Shown: positions 39,121 to 51,761 of the stretch, piece after piece | Numbering within the stretch: position 1 is the first letter of the stretch | Layout of the letters: each line of letters begins with the position of its first letter | NCBI GenBank assembly: GCA_964016885.1 | Contig: OZ024741.1 | Coordinates: 183,520,001-183,584,000 of the forward strand | Direction: 5' to 3' | From: Eledone cirrhosa | Taxonomy: Eukaryota | Length of the DNA: 64,000 nt | The notes under the pieces: generated by a model | Database searches by the model: none | What the model saw: the letters and a program-made list of their open reading frames with translations, nothing else | What the model was told of the DNA's origin: nothing | Position numbers and translations under genes: made by a program

Positions 39121-39127
<7 letters not shown>
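38740..39127. mobile_element. Palindromic cassette (arms about 185 bp), each arm carrying a type I hammerhead; lies between (TA)n tracts
   Basis: 38740-38925 is the reverse complement of 38945-39127; actgc-ctgaaga-ggtcacagccaaagatggctgtcact-gaaa-tatatatata-gcagt at 39021-39075. Confidence 0.85.
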
Positions 39128-39190
<63 letters not shown>

Positions 39191-39234
39191 AGAAGAAGTT
39201 TATGAAATGGAAATGCGGGTATAAAGAATTTATT

Positions 39235-39351
39235 AGGTAACAATTGTTTCTATAGTGTATGGGTTACCTATACCTCGCTATTTGAATAATATAAAAATAT
39301 TATCATAAACCGAAGGTACACTGTAAGCAAACACACCATGTCGTCAGACCT
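39235..39351 (-). ncRNA. Type I hammerhead ribozyme motif with a stem II extended to about 90 nt
   Basis: aggt-CTGACGA-[long hairpin]-GAAAC-aatt-GTT-acct; stem I aggt/acct; palindromic stem III. Confidence 0.7.
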
Positions 39352-41571
39352 TTGTATTGGAATGATATGAAAATATTTTATACACTAGATAAAAGAGAAA
39401 GAAGGAGGTAGGAAGAGAAGGGGAAGAGGGAAGTGAGCAAGGTGGAGGGAATCCTAGGATTTAAGACTGTCAGACTAGTAGATATTGTAAGGAGAGAATG
39501 TTTTGGCAGCAGTTAGCTTAATGAGGCGTGTTAGGGTTGGCGGGGGAAGTAAATTCTTCTAGTGGTGTTGTTCGGACAAAATTTAGTTAAAGGGGTCAAA
39601 GTGGTACAGAGTTACATACAAGTTATTGGGGCTATTATAGTAGCAGGTTATTTCTAAAGGGGTCCAGAAAACAGTGTTTAGTACTATTATTATAGAAAGC
39701 CATATCTTGTGTATAAACATATAAAACAGAAATTTGCAAACGGTGGTGTAAAAAGGTAACATTATATGCATTTAAAAAAAGAAAAAGGCGTTTTCAAACG
39801 ATGGTTACAGTATAGTGAACGTTCAATTTTGCTGTTCAAAAGTTTGTTTACCGACGTTAAAATGCAGAATATCTCCAAATTGCATAATTTGCAGAATCGA
39901 TGATTTTGCTGATATGCAGGCGCAGCTGCAATAATTTGCCAATCAAGGGAGAATGCTTGATTGTTCCTCCGGAGCTGCTAGGCTTTATCGGCGAGGGTTG
40001 TTACGGAGCGCATTTTCTCGTGCCTGATCGAAGATCGATGTTGGTATAGGCGAGCTTTGAAAGAAGTTGCGGTACATCCGACGTAATACCATTTGTTGGT
40101 TCCGGAATTTATTGTACATCGGTAGACAATATTACGTGCTAGGCACTGGTTATTCAGTGGGCACGTACCTGGTTTGGTGCAGTTACAATTATTTTTATGT
40201 TTTCCAGTAGAATCCTGGATAGTTTGGTGGGGTTGTAGTTGCGTATTAGTGCGTTGTATGTTGCTATGCTGGTGCGCTGAGTCATTAGGGATGTACTTAT
40301 TTAGTATTGCTGAGTTGAGTTTTTTAATTAGTTGTTCTATGTTAGGTGCAGTGGAGTATGAGAGTCTAATGGTGCGCGAGTTAAAGATTTTATAGTATTT
40401 ATGTGAAGTTGTAAAGTGTTTATTGATTAGTGTATAGAATTGTGAGATAATCTTAGTGCTAATAGAAGTATTGTACACGGGGTTATACCATATGTACTCT
40501 CTACGTCTGACTCTATTTGCTGGTTTGCACCTATTAGTATGCCTATTGATGTGTGTGTGTGGTGCAATACTAGTTCGACTTAGATGTGTTTTATTCATAG
40601 TACTTATGTGGTTATCGTCTAGATATTCTATTTTCTCGCAGTAACCAGCTTTTCTAAGTGCGTCATTATAATATTCAGCATGCTCGTTGAAGGCCTGCAA
40701 ATTAGACGACAGTCGGGAGATCCTTATGGATATATTTTTAGGGATAGATTTAATAATGGAATGGGGATGGTTCGATTTTACATTAACGTACTTGAGATTT
40801 TCATTAAGTTTGTGAAATGGCTCTATATTACCGTTATTAAGGTTGAAGGTGACATCCAAGAAGTTGACCACCTTAAGATTGTGTTCAAAGGTAATATTAA
40901 GCCCTAGTTCTAAGAAAAATTTCCTAATGTTTTTACGTCGCCTTTCTATGTTCTGTTTGTTCATATTCTTGACTAATAGAAGTGTATCGTCGCGGTATAT
41001 TCCGCCGTGGAGGTCCGTAAATTCGCTCTGGAGTCTGTGGGCTATATAGATCCCAACCAGATCCGTGACCTCCGCCGAATCATTAGAACCCATCGTAATG
41101 TCGAATTCCGAGGGTCTATCTCTGCGGACCCAATAACTATTTTCAAAGTGCACTACTGTGCGTCTAGCTTCAAGTATAATATTAATTTCCTCGTTTGTGA
41201 GGTCCGAGTTAGTCTTAGCGAAAGAGAGGGCCTTATGCAGGGTTTCGGGTGAAATAGAGGAATAGTATTCATCTATATCGAATTGAATAAAAGAAGATTT
41301 GTCCATAATGTTATTGAACCATCTTATTGCCTGATGAGTATTACCCCATAATTTAATATCTACATTAGCCTTAACTTGGGGGATAATACGATCTAATATG
41401 TACTTACTGATTCTACCTATATCAGACTTTGAAGGACATATTAATCTAATTTTAGGGTTAGTATCGAAGTTATCCTTATGGTCCTTCAGATTAAAAGTCG
41501 GTGTAACTGGAGATAGGGGTACCGTTCTGTCGTCAATTTTCAGTTTCTTAACAATATCACATGCTGCGTTA

Positions 41572-41749
41572 TTAATTGTTTCTACTTTAGGCACAAGGCC
41601 AGCAATTACCCAGTGCATTACTGGTACTTTATTATATCGACCCCGTAAGGATGAAAGGCAAAGTCAACCTCGGCGGGATTTGAACTCAGATCATAAAGGG
41701 ACGCAACTATGCTGGAAAGCATGGTGTCCGACCCTCTACTGATACTGCC
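41572..41749 (-). mobile_element. tRNA-derived SINE inserted in the Penelope ORF, with a 12-bp target-site duplication
   Basis: TGCGTTATTAAT at 41565-41576 and 41750-41761; SINE consensus match. Confidence 0.92.
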
Positions 41750-41809
41750 TGCGTTATTAATGTTGATTAGTGTGTATTAATGTTGGTATGTGTGTATATG
41801 TGTATGTGT

Positions 41810-42352
41810 GTGTGTTTATGGGTGCGCGCGAGTGTGTGAGTGAGTGTGTTTGTGAATGTATCTGTTGATTTTTGGCCTATAGTTGAATAGTTTAAGAGAA
41901 ATTTGAAGATAATTGTATGATATGCACTCAATATTTTGAATTTGTCTACAGAATTCTCTAAACCTTTGTCACTTAGTAGAACCTTAAATAATTTAGCTTT
42001 TAAAGAATCTCCCTTTCCTTTAATTCTATCAACCATGACTGACCCCCACTGATCTTATAGACACCTGTTAGCTTAAGAGAAACTTAATAATAAGGAGTGG
42101 CACCCCATCCTGAACCTGTTTATAGAATTCTTTCTGCCTTTGTTACTCTAAAAATAAAAATAAACTATAGCTTTGTAGAATTAGCTTTTAATGAATTCCC
42201 TTTTCTTTCAACCAATGACCTACACCCATCCCACTCCCCACCCTCTCCTACCACTTGAAGAGACCTATAAATACCATACTTATTTTTTGATACCCAGATT
42301 CCTGATGATTTCTAAAGAATGAAACAGTTCTAGTCCTGTAGAATCTCATCTC
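41810..42352 (+). mobile_element. Penelope-like 3' terminal repeat with hammerhead (42297-42345); inverted partner of 35930-36480
   Basis: Same pseudo-ORF ([13 protein letters not shown]...) on the opposite strand; ctgatga...gaaac...gtc. Confidence 0.75.
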
Positions 42353-42762
42353 TATGTATGTACGTATACATACATACTTACATTTAAGTAAGTGCCATAC
42401 TAAGAGTGAGAAATGAAATTTCGTTTTCATTTTTTTCAACTTATCGTTTTCGGTATGCCTGACCGATTTAACTCACTCAATATGCAAATTAGGCTGCTCA
42501 GCCGTTAATTTTCATAAGGAAAGTATATACTTTCGAACATTCAACTATCTGGCAGATGGGTAAACGGTGCTGATGATAGCTAACAAGCTTGAAACTAGTA
42601 CATCGTTCCTGTGTCAGTGTTGAACAAAAAGGTGACGTGGTTGCCTTAACACCGTATGGCATAAATTCAGGCTGTTCAGTTTGTTGACAAATGAACAAAG
42701 CGGCGTTATAATAAGCGTCCGCTAAACTGATGCGTGCATATATGTATGTGTACCTGTATGTA

Positions 42763-42810
<48 letters not shown>

Positions 42811-42856
42811 TGCTACTGTACGTCTGTATACATATATGTATGTACACATACATACT

Positions 42857-42906
<50 letters not shown>

Positions 42907-42941
42907 TATTAATAAAATAGATGTTCTTTTGATCAATTACA

Positions 42942-42992
42942 TTTTATTATACATATTTCGGATGTACAACAGTACGTCCTCATCAGACAAAA
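42942..42992 (-). ncRNA. Minimal type I hammerhead ribozyme motif
   Basis: ttttgt-CTGATGA-ggacgtactgttgtacatcc-GAAA-tatgtata-ataaaa. Confidence 0.75.
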
Positions 42993-43696
42993 TATAACGA
43001 TACATGACATACCCTGAGATGTTAAATGGTTAAGATTTAATCAAGGTAGTGATTACCCGATAGAAAATTTTGCTTATATAATATTTGTGTGAGAGTGCGA
43101 AAACGTAATGAATTCATTAGAGAATGTGTGAGTAAGAAAAAACGTTGCATACCTAAAGTGTTCTAAAATTTTAAATTGTATGATACTATATCTAGGGAGA
43201 CGTCTCATGATTTATAACAGCCAGTGATAGCCACTGGAAAAAAATTTATAAGGAAGGAAAGATAAAGTGTGGGTTTTTTTTTCGAAAGTTAAACGATTAG
43301 AATTTGGAAATATTTAATTTATGATATTAATGTGAAGACTCCAGATTTCAGGATTATTTGCTATTTATTTATATTATTTATATAAATTCGATAAGTGTGT
43401 TATCATTTCTAAACTTCTGAAATGTGAGAATAACATTATAAAGGATTTAGCTGGCAGTAAAGAATGAAATATTATACTGTTGATTACCTAAATCTAACTT
43501 TAACAAATATCTCGACATATTAGGTATGTAAAGCTTTTATAGTACTTCTTGTTATAAATATTTAAATAACAATTATGTATATAGGTATATATTAATGAGT
43601 CAGTATGTATAAGGTAAAAATAAAATAAAATAAAATAATATGTTACAGATAAGAATTATAGATATGTATAATTATTCTTCAACCAAGATATCAGCG

Positions 43697-43882
43697 TGGA
43701 TTGGCAGTATCGGTAGAGGATCGGACGCCATGCTTTCCAGCATAGTTACGTCCCTTTATGATCTGAGTTCAAATCCCACCGAGGTTAACTTTGCCTTTCA
43801 TCCTTACGGGGTCGATAAAATAAAGTACCAGTAATGCACTGGGATAATTGCTGGCCTTGTGCCTAAAGTAGAAACAATTATT
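43697..43882 (+). mobile_element. tRNA-derived SINE, near full length
   Basis: A-box-like tggcagtatcgg, B-box gagttcaaatcc, core gcctttcatccttacggggtcgataaaataaagtaccag. Confidence 0.92.
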
Positions 43883-43940
43883 AGATATAGGGATGTATAT
43901 ATATAGATATATATTAGGTATTATTAATGTAGTATACTTT

Positions 43941-44127
43941 GAGGGAGGTGGATTGGCAGTATCGGTAGAGGGTCGGACGCCATGCTTTCCAGCATAGTTA
44001 CGTCCCTTTACGATCTGAGTTCAAATCCCGCCAAGGTTGACTTTGCCTTTCATCCTTACGGGGTCGATAAAATAAAGTACCAGTAATGCACTGGGTAATT
44101 GCTGGCCTTGTGCCTAAAGTAGAAACA
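43941..44127 (+). mobile_element. Full-length tRNA-derived SINE with an 18-bp target-site duplication
   Basis: ATTAATGTAGTATACTTT at 43923-43940 and 44128-44145. Confidence 0.93.
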
Positions 44128-44867
44128 ATTAATGTAGTATACTTTAGGTAAATGATAACAGTTATACTCTTAACAACATGTTACATCTAAATATATATAT
44201 ACATGCATATAAGAAAAACGAACAATGAGTGCATGTATAAAATTCAAAATAATGTCTATAATAATTTTTAGTTTGGATATTTTCTCTATATTTGAATCAT
44301 GTATATAGAAGTATGGTAGGTATATTTAAAAATATAAAAAATATATAAGATACAATATATAACTATATATATATTATATATTATAAAAGTATTATATTAT
44401 AGATAAATAAATAAATAAGAGATAAAAAGTACAGCGAAAAAAATTCACGTTTATATATAAGTTTGAATCTGTCTCAATTTAGATATTAATATTATAGTGC
44501 AGTAAGTATAAAAGAAATATATGCTATATTATACTATAAATGATAGATCAAAAAGTCATTAAACATTTAGAGTTATAGATAAGTTTCGTAAACATTTTTT
44601 GTATTGGGTATTATAACTAAAAGTTAAAAGAGATTACAAATGTATAAAAAATTCACAGTTAAATAAATTCAATAGATATGTAAGGGTCAGGTACTGTACT
44701 AAATTATGGATAAATACTGGTGTTGATCAAAGCTAACAAATAATGTTGTGTGTATCAAAGTTTATGCATGCTAATTGAAGTATTGTCATTCATTCTAATG
44801 TTGTTTTTTCTATAGATATCCATAAAATAAAGCAATATTAAAGGCCATTGATGTTTTTTACTGTTGA

Positions 44868-45555
44868 CTATATTCCTAGTAACCGAGTTGTTATTGGTTC
44901 TTTCTTTCTCGTTTTATGCGAGGCTGAAAAAGTAGACATAGCTTTGTGGAGGCAATTAGAGAATAATTCACTTTTTTTGTTAATTAAGGTCTCATAATTA
45001 TTAATAATCAACAGGGTCTCCATTGTATAGAGCGGGCAGTTATTTGATATACTGGAGTTTCGGTAAATTCCACAGTTCCGAAGTTTTGTCCAAAGAATGG
45101 AGTATTCCAGGTTCTTCTCTTTTAAAGACCATATGAGCTGTGATAAAGATGTGGATGATTTCTTCTTAGAGTTCGAGAATGAGCATTTATGGTTCGCGAA
45201 ACGAAGTTTGAATGTGGACGAAGTTGATCCAATGTAATTGTATGTTTTATGGTCAGTTTTTACGGTGCATTTGTAAACCAAATTACTATCTAAACAATTA
45301 TTTTGCAAAGGGCAATTACTTTTATTTCTACAATTACAATTTGGTTTAGTATCATTAATGTTAACTCTATTATTATGATCACTAAGTTGGTTTGGTTTTA
45401 GGATTTTGGCGTTTAATTTGGCGATGTTTTGGGCCATGTTACTGGTTGTAGAATTTCCGAATTTAATGGCATGTCTATTAAAAATGGAATGGTATTTATG
45501 TTGAGTAGGGAAAGAGGTGTCAAGAGCTTTAAAGAATAGTTTTGCAATTGGTGTT
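44868..45555 (-). mobile_element. Penelope-like fragment, GIY-YIG endonuclease end (same type as 39200-41775)
   Basis: CNCRNKSNCPLQNNCLDSNLVYKC and YIGSTSSTFKLRFANH. Its AT-rich 3' region may extend to the hammerhead at 42942. Confidence 0.88.
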
Positions 45556-45599
45556 TTAACTGCTCATTGCTTGACGACCTGAAACAGAGGACATGTATA

Positions 45600-45759
45600 T
45601 AAAATTATGAATAAAAAAAGTTTGATCGCTGCAGAGAGCTAAGATTACAGTTACATACTCCAGGGGATTACTTTGAAGGAGAAAACTCTTAGTGCGAAGT
45701 TTGGGTTTCAAATAAATCTTTTGTGACATCAGTCTTGGAACTTTTCTGACACACCTCGT
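45600..45759 (-). mobile_element. Possible mariner-like DNA transposon end
   Basis: TA-cgaggtgtgtcagaaaagttcc resembles mariner terminal inverted repeats; no partner end seen. Confidence 0.4.
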
Positions 45760-45849
45760 ATATATATGGTAATAATAATAAATGTGAAGACTGCACACCC
45801 TCTCATATATTTGTATATATGTATATTTGTATATGTATATGTATATATA

Positions 45850-46216
45850 CAGTTGTCCCTCATGTATATATACAGTTGTCCCAGTTAGTGCACCCGGGAA
45901 GAGTGAAACATCGAGAATATTGGACGTGGTCTATAAAAATTCATATAAACGTCAAAATATAACGTGAAATATAATAAAAAAAAAGGGGGCGGGCGTCAAA
46001 TAATCCAGCAAATACGGTATATTGTTATTAATAATTTAGCGTTAAGAATATATATATATATTGCCACGAAAAAAGCCATAAAAAAATGGCGGAAGATATT
46101 TACGATTCCACGAATATCCGGTGGTTTCCACGAACAATTATTAGTTAGGTTCTAAGGAAAATTCAGCGAATAACCGGCACTCGAATATCAGGACCGTGAA
46201 TGCCGGGGGTACACTG
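45850..46216. mobile_element. Tigger/pogo-like non-autonomous relic
   Basis: TA-cagttgtccc left end and gggggtacactg-TA right end. Confidence 0.45.
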
Positions 46217-46240
46217 TATATGTATGTATGCATGTATGTC

Positions 46241-46272
<32 letters not shown>

Positions 46273-46273
46273 T

Positions 46274-46645
46274 GTTCTTCTGGTTTTATAATTTCACAAA
46301 GTTTTACCAATAGAGAGAGAGTCGGTTTCTAACATAGACACAAGACTCTCTCATTGGAATTTACACAACATCAACTAGGTAGATATGTATGTATGCATGC
46401 ATGTGTAGATATGGATGTTATTGTATGTGTGGATGCGTATGTTTTGAGTTGTATGTGTGCATGTGTATATGCTTTGCATCTGTACATATGTATATGCAGT
46501 TATTAGATGCAAAATCTTTGGAATGTTTTACATATTTTTACTGTTCCATTAATAGATTGTACTTGTAGTTTCCTAACTAGTTGTGTTCTTTCTGTTCCTG
46601 TGAAGCCTAGCTTCTCAAGATTTGTATTGAGGCAGTTAGGTGTAA
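46274..46645 (-). mobile_element. 3' end of an R4/Dong-like (restriction-like endonuclease clade) non-LTR element in a (TACA)n tract
   Basis: LQVQSINGTVKICKTFQ C-terminus; near-identical to 60353-60750; flanked by (TATG)n. Confidence 0.65.
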
Positions 46646-46665
46646 TCAGGGTGGAGTATCTGCAG

Positions 46666-46698
<33 letters not shown>

Positions 46699-46889
46699 TG
46701 TATGTAGGTATGTATGTATGTATGTATGTATGTATGTATGTATGTATGTATGTATGTATGTATGTATGTATGTGTGTTTGCGGGTGTGTTTGTGTGTGGT
46801 TAGCCAGTTCAAAAAATATATATATAGAAAAAAAGGAAAAACAATCGTATGGCAGGTTTCTCAAATTACCAAAGGTACGGAAGTCACCA

Positions 46890-47330
46890 CAGAGAAAGAG
46901 GATTAAAATCCGATTCTTTTAAGCAACAGTTTAATCTATGCTGTTAGACGGCTGTGAGACATGGACCCTCTCACAGAAGCTTGCAAAATTGTCAGACGGA
47001 ATAAACTCCCATATGTTACGGATGATTCTTAACATCACTTGGAACAGCCACGCCAACAATACAGAACTTTATGATGGTTTGCCAAAATTAATCCAAAATA
47101 TAGTGCAGCAAAAGTTGCGATTGACAGATCACAGTAGGAGACATCTCCATGTAATATCGCGAACTCTAATGTTATGGTAATGAATATATGTGAGGACAGA
47201 CCCCAGGGGACAATGAACTTCATTGGCACACTTCAAAAGAATACCGGTTTCAATACTGTATCGGAAATACGAATAGTGATAGCGGTTCGAAGATATTTCC
47301 TTGTTTCGATCGGAAGATCAGATGAACGGA
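46890..47330 (+). pseudogene. Decayed RTE-clade LINE RT C-terminal fragment
   Basis: LLDGCETWTL...MLRMILNITW motif, with stops. Confidence 0.75.
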
Positions 47331-47363
47331 GATGAGCTTCTCTATCTATCTATCTATCTATCT

Positions 47364-47509
<146 letters not shown>

Positions 47510-47700
47510 TTGCTGGCCTTATATATATATATATAGGGAAATGTCTGACGGCTATTTCTGAAATAATCCAGAAATAGCCGTCGAAACGGCTTGAGCTCTG
47601 CCGTCGGGGTCAAACATTTTCCTATTACCCTCTCTACTACCCTAAGTATTGAGTACTCTGGTGCGTTATGGTGCATCTGGTTCCTTACCACACCTCCTGC

Positions 47701-47743
<43 letters not shown>

Positions 47744-47889
47744 CTAATTCAGGCACAAAGGCAGCAGCGATTTTTGTTAGACGGAGTGGCAAGGGATAAA
47801 TCAATAACATCGACCTCCGTGCTTGACATATCAATGTCTTATCTAAATTTGAGTGAAAAAACAAAACAAACAAAAAATCTATGCTGAAC

Positions 47890-48275
47890 TAATGCTGCAC
47901 TTACAATTCTTGTATCCTGGTTATAGATGATCAGTTGTACCCAATAAAAATACAGTGAAGATCTGTAAAACTTTTCAAAGTTTCTTTAGAATTAAATTAT
48001 AGAGACAATTACATATGTACATAAGGCGTACACACATACATGTAAGCGTAAAAGGCAACCGCATGTCAACATGAATGGACCTATTATTTTTATCTAAAGA
48101 CATTTTTTCCAATTCCATCCCGCCCGTCCCCTTAATCTATTTTATTTCTCATTCTTTCTTCTGATGAAGGACTAGCGTCCGAAACGTTAAAACCCTCTTC
48201 CTGCTATATCAAGCGTTAACCTAATATATACCTTCCACATGCTGTACCGATTGTGTTGTTATTTCTGTTTACCTT
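47890..48275 (+). mobile_element. Non-LTR fragment (NTVKICKTFQ) followed by a Penelope-type terminus with minimal hammerhead at 48161-48190
   Basis: ctgatga-aggactagcgtcc-gaaacgtt; acagtgaagatctgtaaaacttttc. Confidence 0.6.
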
Positions 48276-48795
48276 TTACACCCCCCCCCCACACACAACA
48301 AGGGCAGCTATATACATAAGTGTACTAAAATAAACATATACAGATAATTACATACGTACATATGGTATACACTCATACATATATAAATAAAATACAACCA
48401 CACACATCATTATACTAAATGAAACATTCAATTACATATATACATATGGTATAAAGACATACATATATACATAAAAGGCAATCAAACACATAAGTGTACG
48501 AAAGGAACATGAGCACCAATCACATGGGTATAAATACACCCACGCACATATACACATATTAACGTGGTCATATATTATCAAATCCCTAGAACTGTCTTGA
48601 CTCAAACGAAGGAGCCTTGTCACTCTGTTAGTGACTGGCTGGAATTCTTCGAAGGACTTAAATAAATCTCAAAGAAGCATACACGTAAACACACACAAGA
48701 GCACACATGTATAATATATACATATATCTATCTATTTATCTATATATATATAGAGAGAGATATACATACACAGAGTGAGAGAGAGAGAAATAAGG

Positions 48796-48883
<88 letters not shown>

Positions 48884-49067
48884 TGACAGAGAGTGAGAAT
48901 CAACAATCGTTAGATATTTGAGCTGGCTTATAACATAAATCTTTTTACTGACTTCTATACTTCCAATCCAAACGTGAGAAATAAACTGTCGTCTTAGTTG
49001 AACATAATTATCTCCCCTGAGAATACTCTTTGCTATTATTTACTGTTTAAGAGACAAACGGTGTGTG

Positions 49068-49185
49068 TTAAACATCAAACTTTGCTTTTGTATATGTTCT
49101 TATGGAAGGACGATGATCGGTTGGTGGAGCGGAGGCTGAATTGGCTGGAGTGGTGGCTGGTGTTGTTGAGGGAAGGACCAGAGGA
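49068..49185 (-). CDS. Candidate Pro/Thr/Ser-rich exon, (S)PLVLPSTTPATTPANSASAPPTDHRPSIRTYTKAKFDV*
   Basis: Strong AG-free pyrimidine tract tgtctcctccactcctccag| at 49186. Phase-2 reading is PTS-rich. Either terminal (TAA 49068-49070) or spliced at a weak AA|GTTTGA donor near 49080. Confidence 0.4.
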
Positions 49186-49288
49186 CTGGAGGAGTGGAGG
49201 AGACATGTGACAGATCGAAACACAAACATTATCAAAGTGTTACCATTCTCTTCGCTTTGATTGATTAATGCGGGGATGTGTAGGTGTA

Positions 49289-49356
<68 letters not shown>

Positions 49357-49670
49357 AATATGTGTGTGCCTATGTGAGTATTAGTTTATATGTGCATGTT
49401 TATATGTGCATTTATATCAGTGCATGCTTGCGATTGCGGATGTGTGTATCAATGAATGCGTGTGTTTGCGCATGCGCTTGTGTGTGTGTGTGTGGGTGGT
49501 GGGTGGTGGGGTGGTGGGGAGAGTGTATGTTTATGTGCATTTGTGTTTGAAGAGTATAGTATGTCTTTTATAATGTAAAGAAATACAGTATGAAACTTCC
49601 TTCGTGTATATGTGAGAGGGAGTATGAAGGTGGGGGGAGGAAGAATGGAAGTGATATATAGAGTGTGTGA

Positions 49671-49708
<38 letters not shown>

Positions 49709-49884
49709 TTTGCGTATACGTATGCTCACACGTGTGTGTGTGTGTGTGTGAGCGATATTTTTGTGTGTATGCATGTAAACTCCATTCCATGTTATGATAT
49801 ATGTAAGAAAAAGAGTATCAATGTTGATGTATGTTTGGGCGTATGCTAGTTTGCATATGCATGTATGAGTATGTATGCATGTAC

Positions 49885-49955
<71 letters not shown>

Positions 49956-49957
49956 AG

Positions 49958-50070
<113 letters not shown>

Positions 50071-50377
50071 CGAAGGAAATGTGGTAAGGAACCAGGTGGA
50101 CCATAACGCACCAAAGTACTCGATACTTAGGGTAGTAGAGTGGGTAATAGGAACCAGTAAGTACTCAATACTTAGGGTAGTAGAGTGGGTAATAGGAACC
50201 AGTAAGACCCCGACGGCTGAGCTCAAGCCGTTTCGACGGCTAATTCCGTCTTACTGGTCTTACTGGTTCCTATATATATATATAGTATACTTCATTCTAG
50301 CTAACTAAATTTTCTTTTACAATATAAATACAGATATGTTGGTACTTGTGTTTCATCATATATATTAATTTATATTT

Positions 50378-50444
<67 letters not shown>

Positions 50445-50447
<3 letters not shown>

Positions 50448-50765
50448 TAAAGAACGAGGAATCAGTAATGCATCAAAACACAATTTATTAACATATTACA
50501 TATGTTTCCCCGTCGACCAGCTCGAGGCAGGATCTGTTACAGATCGAACCCGACTCTGCATTCGAAGGTTCTTCAGATATGCTATTATGTGCTAAGGATA
50601 GAACAGCCGAGATGTTTGAACACACAAGACATGCCTGAAGAACCTTCTAATGCAGAGTCGGGTTCGATCTGTAACATATCCTGCCTCGAGCTGGTCGATG
50701 GAGAAACATATGTAATATGTTAATAAATTGTGGTTTGATGCATTACTGATTCCTCGTTATCTATA
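50445..50765. mobile_element. Palindromic cassette with two divergent hammerheads, flanked by (TA)n
   Basis: 50445-50582 is the reverse complement of 50630-50765; ctgaaga-accttc...gaaac-atat-gta-atatg. Confidence 0.8.
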
Positions 50766-50839
50766 ATAATATACTCTTCTCTGCGCGAGCATCGAGTGCT
50801 CAACCGGCATACCACCTACGGATGCATTTACCTGCATCC

Positions 50840-50884
<45 letters not shown>

Positions 50885-51015
50885 GTAAACAGAAATAACA
50901 ACACAATCGGTACAGTTAATGGAAGGGATAACATACATACATACATAATATATATATATATATATATATATATACGATATTAAATAAATGGAAACTATAT
51001 TTATAAAACCATATT

Positions 51016-51080
51016 TATTTCATTATATATATTTCAGGGATATCATATTAACAATATGTTATACCTTCTTCAGACAAAAT
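51016..51080 (-). ncRNA. Hammerhead ribozyme motif
   Basis: ttttgt-CTGAAGA-aggtataacatattgttaatatgatatccct-GAAA-tatatata-atgaaa. Confidence 0.65.
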
Positions 51081-51611
51081 ACAATATAGACAGTTTTATA
51101 AATAAATAGATTTGACATACCGTTCAACATCGACTTGTATTTGAAAAGTTGATTTGGCAGTCTGCCAAATCAACGTTCAGCGTCCAGAATTAGCCGTCGA
51201 AACGGCTTGAGCTCAGCTGTCGGGGTCTTACTGGTTCCTATATATATATATATATATATACAAGTTAATATAAATTAATATATTTGATAAACACAAATAC
51301 CAACATATCTGTGTTTGTATTGTAAATGACTAAGTTAGCTAGATTGAAAAATACTAATTATAATAATACAGTTTGCCTGTCTCGATTTAAAATAATAAAT
51401 CAATAAAAACAAAGCATATTGGCAAATGGCGGTGGTGCTTGGACAAATTTAAATTTCAAAATCAAACCTGTTCCGTAGACAGGTTTAAACCTTAAAATCC
51501 AAATAAGTTTCGAAAAATGAAAAAGTGAAAGAATACCGCATTTAGATCTCCTCAGCAAGCACTAGAAAAATTGGTATGTTTCACTTCAAAATATTTAAAA
51601 AGACTGTTTAA

Positions 51612-51701
<90 letters not shown>

Positions 51702-51761
51702 AAAGTGAGGGTTTTTTTACAAAATGAAAAATAATCGAGGTGTCCTACACGAGTGAAAGTA

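Larger units (their letters stand above)
39200..41775 (-). mobile_element. 5'-truncated Penelope-like element, RT plus C-terminal GIY-YIG endonuclease (resembles the Naiad type); premature TAG at 39978-39980; SINE inserted near the 5' end
   Basis: FIQFDIDEYYSSI, ITMGSNDSAE, GIYRDD, VNFLDV, CNC..CPL...C and YYVGCTATSFKARLYQH. The frame continues past the TAG (QLRRNNQAFSLDWQII...CKLCNLE...CNHR) to TAA at about 39762. Confidence 0.92.

Noticed and set aside
39270-39315. SECIS element in the Naiad-like element (ATGA plus hairpin)
   Set aside because: Helix too short, no apical AA, no correctly placed GA; the ORF has no in-frame TGA and its internal stop is TAG.
48618-48665. Possible extra 33-nt minus-strand exon (PSKNSSQSLT)
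   Set aside because: Weak donor (GTGACA) and acceptor; insufficient support.
49100-49185. Alternative phase-1 reading LWSFPQQHQPPLQPIQPPLHQPIIVLP* of the 49185 exon
   Set aside because: Protein-like, but does not match the phase 2 of the predicted upstream exons; kept only as an alternative.
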